Source: Pirellulales bacterium (lineage in GTDB: Bacteria; Planctomycetota; Planctomycetia; Pirellulales; PALSA-1355). Taken from it: a stretch of DNA of 64,000 nt. Below the pieces are notes generated by a model that was not told the origin of the DNA, did not search any database, and worked only from the letters and a program-made list of their open reading frames with translations. Positions 61,001 through 64,000 of this stretch are shown here, in pieces; the first letter of the stretch is position 1, and each line of letters begins with the position of its first letter. The position numbers and the translations under genes are program-made. The DNA lies in NCBI GenBank assembly GCA_963733035.1, contig CAVTBU010000005.1:1568001-1632000 (forward strand). Direction: 5' to 3'.

Positions 61001-64000
61001 TGTAGCGGTCGACCAGTTGAATTGGACGCCGCCGGTAAGAAGCGCCGAAAAGAGTTGGCCCAAGACCAACGGGCCGGTAGTCCCAGCCACAACGACAGGG
61101 CCGGCTGTGAACGACGTGTCCGAGTCCGAGAGCAACGTACTGATGACGGTCGTAGCACCCGCCGGCGTGTTGGATACGGTCGTTGCCACCGCGACATGAG
61201 AAGGCAACTGGATGCTGAGCCCAGGTAGTTGCGTCACTTCAAGATCGAGCGTAGTGCGGAAATTGCCCGAGTTCGCAGTCGACGGGGCATCGATCAGATC
61301 GAAGAAATGAATGGGCGCTGCGGCGATTCCCGTCAATTGAGTCGCGGTCAACTCGACGTCCGGCGTTACGTCGGTGTGGTCCTGGATTCCCGTTGGCAAC
61401 GGAATGTCGGCAATGACGCGCAGCGACGCCTGACTCACGCTGACGTCGGCCTGAATGGTGTCCAACAAGCTATACGCACCGACGGAGTCGTCTCCCCAGC
61501 CGGGCAGTACCGACGACGAGCCTGGTTGGATCGGGAATGAGAACAGCGGATTGATCTCCACGCGCGTTCCCAGTCCGTTGCCCTGGACGTCGATCGGGCC
61601 TTGCGCCGACCCGATCAGGATCTCTTCGACGCCGTACCTGTTGTTCGGATTCGAAATATAGTGGACCGGAGACGACAGCGGATTGTTGATGAGCACCGTG
61701 GGTCCCGGCTTGCTGAGCGCCATTGGATTGCCGATCTCGACCGGGCCGTAGAAGTACACCTCGGTATTGGCGCCGTAGAGCACGTCGCCACTGGCGAGAT
61801 AGCGCAGGTCGCCCATGCCTGGGAAGTTAGGATTCGACCAAATGCCGTCGATCGTAGACCCCAGGTTCTGATCGCTAGTCGTCTCGTCCGAAGTGTCGAA
61901 CACCAGCGTCGCCTGACCGTGGCCGGTGAAGTCGAGGAACACCGGCAGCGGCTTCTGCGTCTCGTATGAGTTCACATAATGTATCAACGTGAGCGGCGGC
62001 ACGACGACTTGCGTGAAGGCTGGCTGGAGTGCGAGATCCCGCAGGATCCAGCCCACATTGGAGTAGTCAGTTATCAGTCCGCCGGTTTGCTCGTAGCGGT
62101 CTTGCGAATCGAAGACGTCGGCAACATGGCCGACGACATCGATCGAACCATCCGAATTTAATCGCCTGCCAACGTATAACGCAAAGTTGCCGGTGACGTA
62201 GAGCGGCATTACCGACTTACCCATCACATAGACGCCGGAGGGAGTTCCCGTGTCGACAAAATTCCGAATCGTCGTCGTGGGCGCTGTGTTGGGAGTGCCT
62301 TCGACGTCGAACTGATCGAGCGGGCTGGCGCTGATCGTAAAGTCTCCCTCCAGCAAATCGAACGTCATGGTGGGATGAGTCCCCGCGTCGGTGCTCCAGC
62401 CCGAGAGCGTTCTGGAGGTCAACGTCAGGTTGTCCGGCGATGTTCCCTGGCGATCGTCGATGTCCTTGAGCCACACCAGATAGGCGTTGACATCTCCTTG
62501 GATGTCGGCCAATCGGCCGGTGCCCACCGTCATGCTAGTGCCGGCATGGTGCACGACGCTTCCAGCCGCCAACAAATGTGCCAGGTCGCTGCTGAAGATG
62601 GGCGGGGTTCCGGTCACCGTGACGGCCAACTCTGGATTGACCTTCGTCAGATTCACGGACGTCTGTCCAAACGTGGCGATCGCGCCGGTGTGGAGACTGC
62701 CGAACGCATCCATCAAGGCTTTGGCCGTCGCGTAATCGGGCTCCTCAACGTTGAACGCCAAATCACCGCGCAATTGCGAGGCATCTAGGTTGACGTTGTT
62801 GTCGGTTGTCGTGGGATTCGGGTTGCTCGGAAAGATCCGCACGGTAGCCGTTTTGGCGTATTCAGAGCCAAGATAGACCGGCGTGCCGCCGGGCGGCACC
62901 ACGAACGCGCTGTACGTCAGGCCGACGTTGTCAATAAAGTCGACTCCCGTCAAACCATTGCCCACAAGAATCGGCGGTTCACCATGGCCAGTGGTCGGCA
63001 CAAACTCAGTGGACAGCACGGCAAAGAAATCCGTCGGAGCAGGATTTGCATAGTAGGTCCCAAACGAACCGGCATAAGGCTCATACGGCTTCGGCGGATC
63101 GGCAACGAAACCGAATGCTCCTAGCTCGATTTGCGCGTCGCCTTGTTGCGTTGGCGCGACCTTGAAGAGGGTTGGCGCGGTGACGCTCAGGCTGTCCTCG
63201 GGAATGGAGCCGAGCACGTACAACGTGTTATATGCGTGCAAGACTGAGTCGTTCGTACCGATCGGGTCGAGCGAGATGTCGCCCGCGCGGACGAGCGCGG
63301 AAATGTCGTTCGGTGCCGAGGGATTGGTGCCCGCCAGTCGAGCCTTACCATCGACATAGAAGATTCCCGGTCCCGTCTTCCGCAGATTCGCGTCGACGCT
63401 TCCGCCCGGCAGGTAGATGTAGATCTGGTCCTCAGCTCGGTAGCCATCGACCGTTAGATCGAGGCCCACCGTTTGATTCAAGACGTGCAAGTTGCCCATG
63501 CCGTCGATGACATACTGGGCGTCAGGAGGGTCTAAGTCGCCGTCGAGGATCACCTCGGCCAGCGGCGTTCCAGCATGGTATACGTGGACGGGAATCGCCA
63601 GGCTGATCAGGTGCTTGACCCGTTCTTCCGCGCCGGTGATCGGATCCAGCCGACGACCGAGATAAACTCCGAAGTTGTTGTAGATATCCAAAGGCACCGA
63701 CCAATTTGGCGAAAAGATGGCGTCGCGCGTTTCGAGCCAGGAATTGCTGACTGCGCTGCTGGTGACGCCGGACGGCGTGCCATCGAGACTGATGCGATCA
63801 CCCTCGCCCAGTTGGACCGACAATGCCCCGTCGAGCACGTCGTAGGTCAGGGTCGGAAGCTGTGCCAATCCAGGCACGGCCCAGCCGTAGAACGTCGTGG
63901 GGTTGAGCCACAACAGGTTTTGGCCGGGATATGGATTGATCACATCGCCGGGGTAAATCGCCGGACCATTTTCCAACGCGTTGTTGATGGTCAAGTGACC
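55049..64000 (-). CDS. Giant surface protein, 5' partial: putative Ig (He_PIG) repeats, choice-of-anchor U-like domain, C-terminal dockerin-like repeats
   Basis: More than 2980 aa, open to the window edge. Five (F/Y)xAxGLPxxLxxD repeats at about 58170-59490, YGTTP...WYNFLY...TGAEF...LHLVDGGRGDDD, and GDVDGNGLVDAQD / GDANLDRHVDAAD / GDFNGDGFVDAAD. Confidence 0.9.
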   Translation of the reverse strand, partial: GHLTINNALENGPAIYPGDVINPYPGQNLLWLNPTTFYGWAVPGLAQLPTLTYDVLDGALSVQLGEGDRISLDGTPSGVTSSAVSNSWLETRDAIFSPNWSVPLDIYNNFGVYLGRRLDPITGAEERVKHLISLAIPVHVYHAGTPLAEVILDGDLDPPDAQYVIDGMGNLHVLNQTVGLDLTVDGYRAEDQIYIYLPGGSVDANLRKTGPGIFYVDGKARLAGTNPSAPNDISALVRAGDISLDPIGTNDSVLHAYNTLYVLGSIPEDSLSVTAPTLFKVAPTQQGDAQIELGAFGFVADPPKPYEPYAGSFGTYYANPAPTDFFAVLSTEFVPTTGHGEPPILVGNGLTGVDFIDNVGLTYSAFVVPPGGTPVYLGSEYAKTATVRIFPSNPNPTTTDNNVNLDASQLRGDLAFNVEEPDYATAKALMDAFGSLHTGAIATFGQTSVNLTKVNPELAVTVTGTPPIFSSDLAHLLAAGSVVHHAGTSMTVGTGRLADIQGDVNAYLVWLKDIDDRQGTSPDNLTLTSRTLSGWSTDAGTHPTMTFDLLEGDFTISASPLDQFDVEGTPNTAPTTTIRNFVDTGTPSGVYVMGKSVMPLYVTGNFALYVGRRLNSDGSIDVVGHVADVFDSQDRYEQTGGLITDYSNVGWILRDLALQPAFTQVVVPPLTLIHYVNSYETQKPLPVFLDFTGHGQATLVFDTSDETTSDQNLGSTIDGIWSNPNFPGMGDLRYLASGDVLYGANTEVYFYGPVEIGNPMALSKPGPTVLINNPLSSPVHYISNPNNRYGVEEILIGSAQGPIDVQGNGLGTRVEINPLFSFPIQPGSSSVLPGWGDDSVGAYSLLDTIQADVSVSQASLRVIADIPLPTGIQDHTDVTPDVELTATQLTGIAAAPIHFFDLIDAPSTANSGNFRTTLDLEVTQLPGLSIQLPSHVAVATTVSNTPAGATTVISTLLSDSDTSFTAGPVVVAGTTGPLVLGQLFSALLTGGVQFNWSTATGQPTGHLSWDDGWSVPQLTLGSAGSVQGLDGPVLLAGDSHLNSATVTTIDGSAESSRQQVSFTAHTYSAAPYSIVTSTHNEYYSALAFYKELNNFAPAPIYFSTFYNRAHNLSVRGSAMSSYDVAAAPPTMNLYAGAASTVANSSAPINIIGAWNVALMPTQYAAIPGLSGAPQINISEDPSQPHAIELSVDKTPVGTPFPTTPAGTLYLDPIQNDQLSLRLQSGSTVYWDVRYAGDNTHVAINFGPIVVSDTGMAGTVLGAGTQQIDVYGTSGPLQINPGGQPTGTQRTEIVNLGQAGNMQAIRGAVDIYSNDPTKGYIGLTLDNSSDTVGRNIDLQANGNGNALVSGMAPGPITLIGTRFSTSFRGGAGGNVFHVMSLPNGFYYSIRGAGLADTLIGPDQPNTWNIYQDTSASNLDGTAVSYQSIGNLQGGADADTFSFVNGFYNAGVVHGNVDGGAGIDSLYYGSSTFWHNVPFDLANGVAPRIEGLTSNVEIVPIDWIGPGSQTRQVGANIAPLQIQILGGLGTFTFAATGLPTGLSIDTQTGVISGSMAEAAANASPYQISVSVTDGYNATSGSFALTVLPGIVVVDPGPQSATAGSAATLAIQSTSIYGQPLTYSATGLPAGLSIDPQSGLISGTISVDAAGGSPYTVEVSASDGARSGSASFVWSVLPSFSLVNPGNQLTPEGVPISLAMQVLNPNNQTLSFSAAGLPSYLYIDQNTGVIGGSIYFYHAYYGYDPTFSVTVYATDGASTVSTSFNWTTEPGFGVYVPGDQSSFVGDTVYAYAGVSNNPYGHSFTYAADGLPPGLTFDPGSHSINGTIDAYADANSPYHATVTVTDQTINFVYPISFQWSVAPTIILDTPADQATPVGTAVDLPITLQRDLGLPITFSASGLPLGLDIDPATGHIVGTVAPQSSLPGQFYVTIHADDGLHASDRTFEWTVTASASNVLQLADTIHGGYVTLESRAGTTLSASLSSPGYYDSAAVLDFALGQIQFQIEGLTPGEATELSITPPAGRDWTDYREYGTTPAHPDNYDWYNFLYQHQTDDNDASTTGAEFLPNGQIILHLVDGGRGDDDLATDGVIQAGSGGGPTQTELAVHIAGAPSGGWPIDAPVTLTAQLDGALAPGASFNWQVSTYTSAYQYIVVATGNQSTITFMPGPTGVGYFNVSLTATSADGQVSANDYLDLPEPTATVTNTPLSQIKVSGFASDVTAGQMVSGGLAAEDGSGNLIADSADAVTAELVDNQGNVVFSVLGNFAAGAFTLPAHVLNNPGTSPITDMLTVTSGAVSTQLPIVVHPITRFGGTADTPTVADVGQPFDVTLQAEDDRGVFAPGYTGAVELSYVDTSGTSHVLGGGTQTAIDGRVTFTNVVLPSLGNYALLARSTDGHLNGQFLVTVPVASRFEATAASPTVVYVGQTFDFGIRALDADGQPLPDYTGLIALSTSRPIATSADTAAVITPVDLGQHTFQGLSFDSAGDQTLTIRDGVVETNFPLGVLAVNFSFQTIPQNIQSGVPFDLTVTARNDQGGVLTSYLGSVSVAAVNEDTGEYFNLSNGAINVLASDAGVLTFQGLMLPVAGHYSLFIYDNWNQSAYEFEVTSPPVGDVDGNGLVDAQDIDYLFFLVGNHNPAADLNGDGLSDHGDVDYLVHTILGTEYGDANLDRHVDAADLATVRTSTGGNFGGPNWVAGDFNGDGFVDAADLATVRKYIGFSAPVGEPSLGSAEPDDPGLLVAAPIVAVSDPVFDASVGGTGFPSDDTNAMDADTSIPASAVAQPGSMTRDNARDDSVGQPDEEPSRGVVSPGYQPTLAENAMPVLTTVRMLFNTAFPDNATTTSPLEKHSSAIRAKLVAEPASDGSTRVDATPPLANPESFWIGSNSLQTIRPVALSTSIPPGDPTILSAAPRRAPLHIWDRVIALSMDSLLDDTTEVCNDAVLETLSTSRWSSAAKTGILAKAPDFRHRNEPEPAVHTGPNKYHAEK

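Overview
This 64-kb window comes from a GC-rich Planctomycete, judged by its DUF1501, PSD1/DUF1549-DUF1553, DUF1570 and PQQ-propeller genes. It has three parts. (1) 1-19.6 kb is accessory. It holds an exosortase coupled to an ECF-like sigma factor, eight PEP-CTERM surface-protein genes, a metzincin protease, a truncated type I hsdM, and a small integrative module (AlpA/excisionase, TOPRIM + P-loop replication protein, XRE HTH, tyrosine integrase) ending at tRNA-Gly(CCC). (2) 19.7-53.6 kb is core-like: sirtuin, ABC-F/Uup, purH, trpC, mutY, a PPIase, DUF1501/PSD1 genes, a CDF transporter, a PP2C phosphatase and tRNA-Leu(GAG). (3) 53.7-64 kb is a second accessory block with a pRiA4b ORF3 remnant, a ninth PEP-CTERM gene and the 3' 9 kb of a giant Ig-repeat/dockerin surface protein. 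The main observation is that the eight clustered PEP-CTERM genes split 5/3. All five with a Trp-containing tail (VPEPxSLxxW) carry an ECF-type promoter (TGTCAG[GT]-N14-GGCCTA[TA]A). All three with a canonical tail carry a sigma70-type promoter plus a TGACA-N5-YGTCA palindrome. Many small frameshifts in ordinary genes suggest assembly indel errors. All calls come from reading motifs by eye, and no database searches were run.
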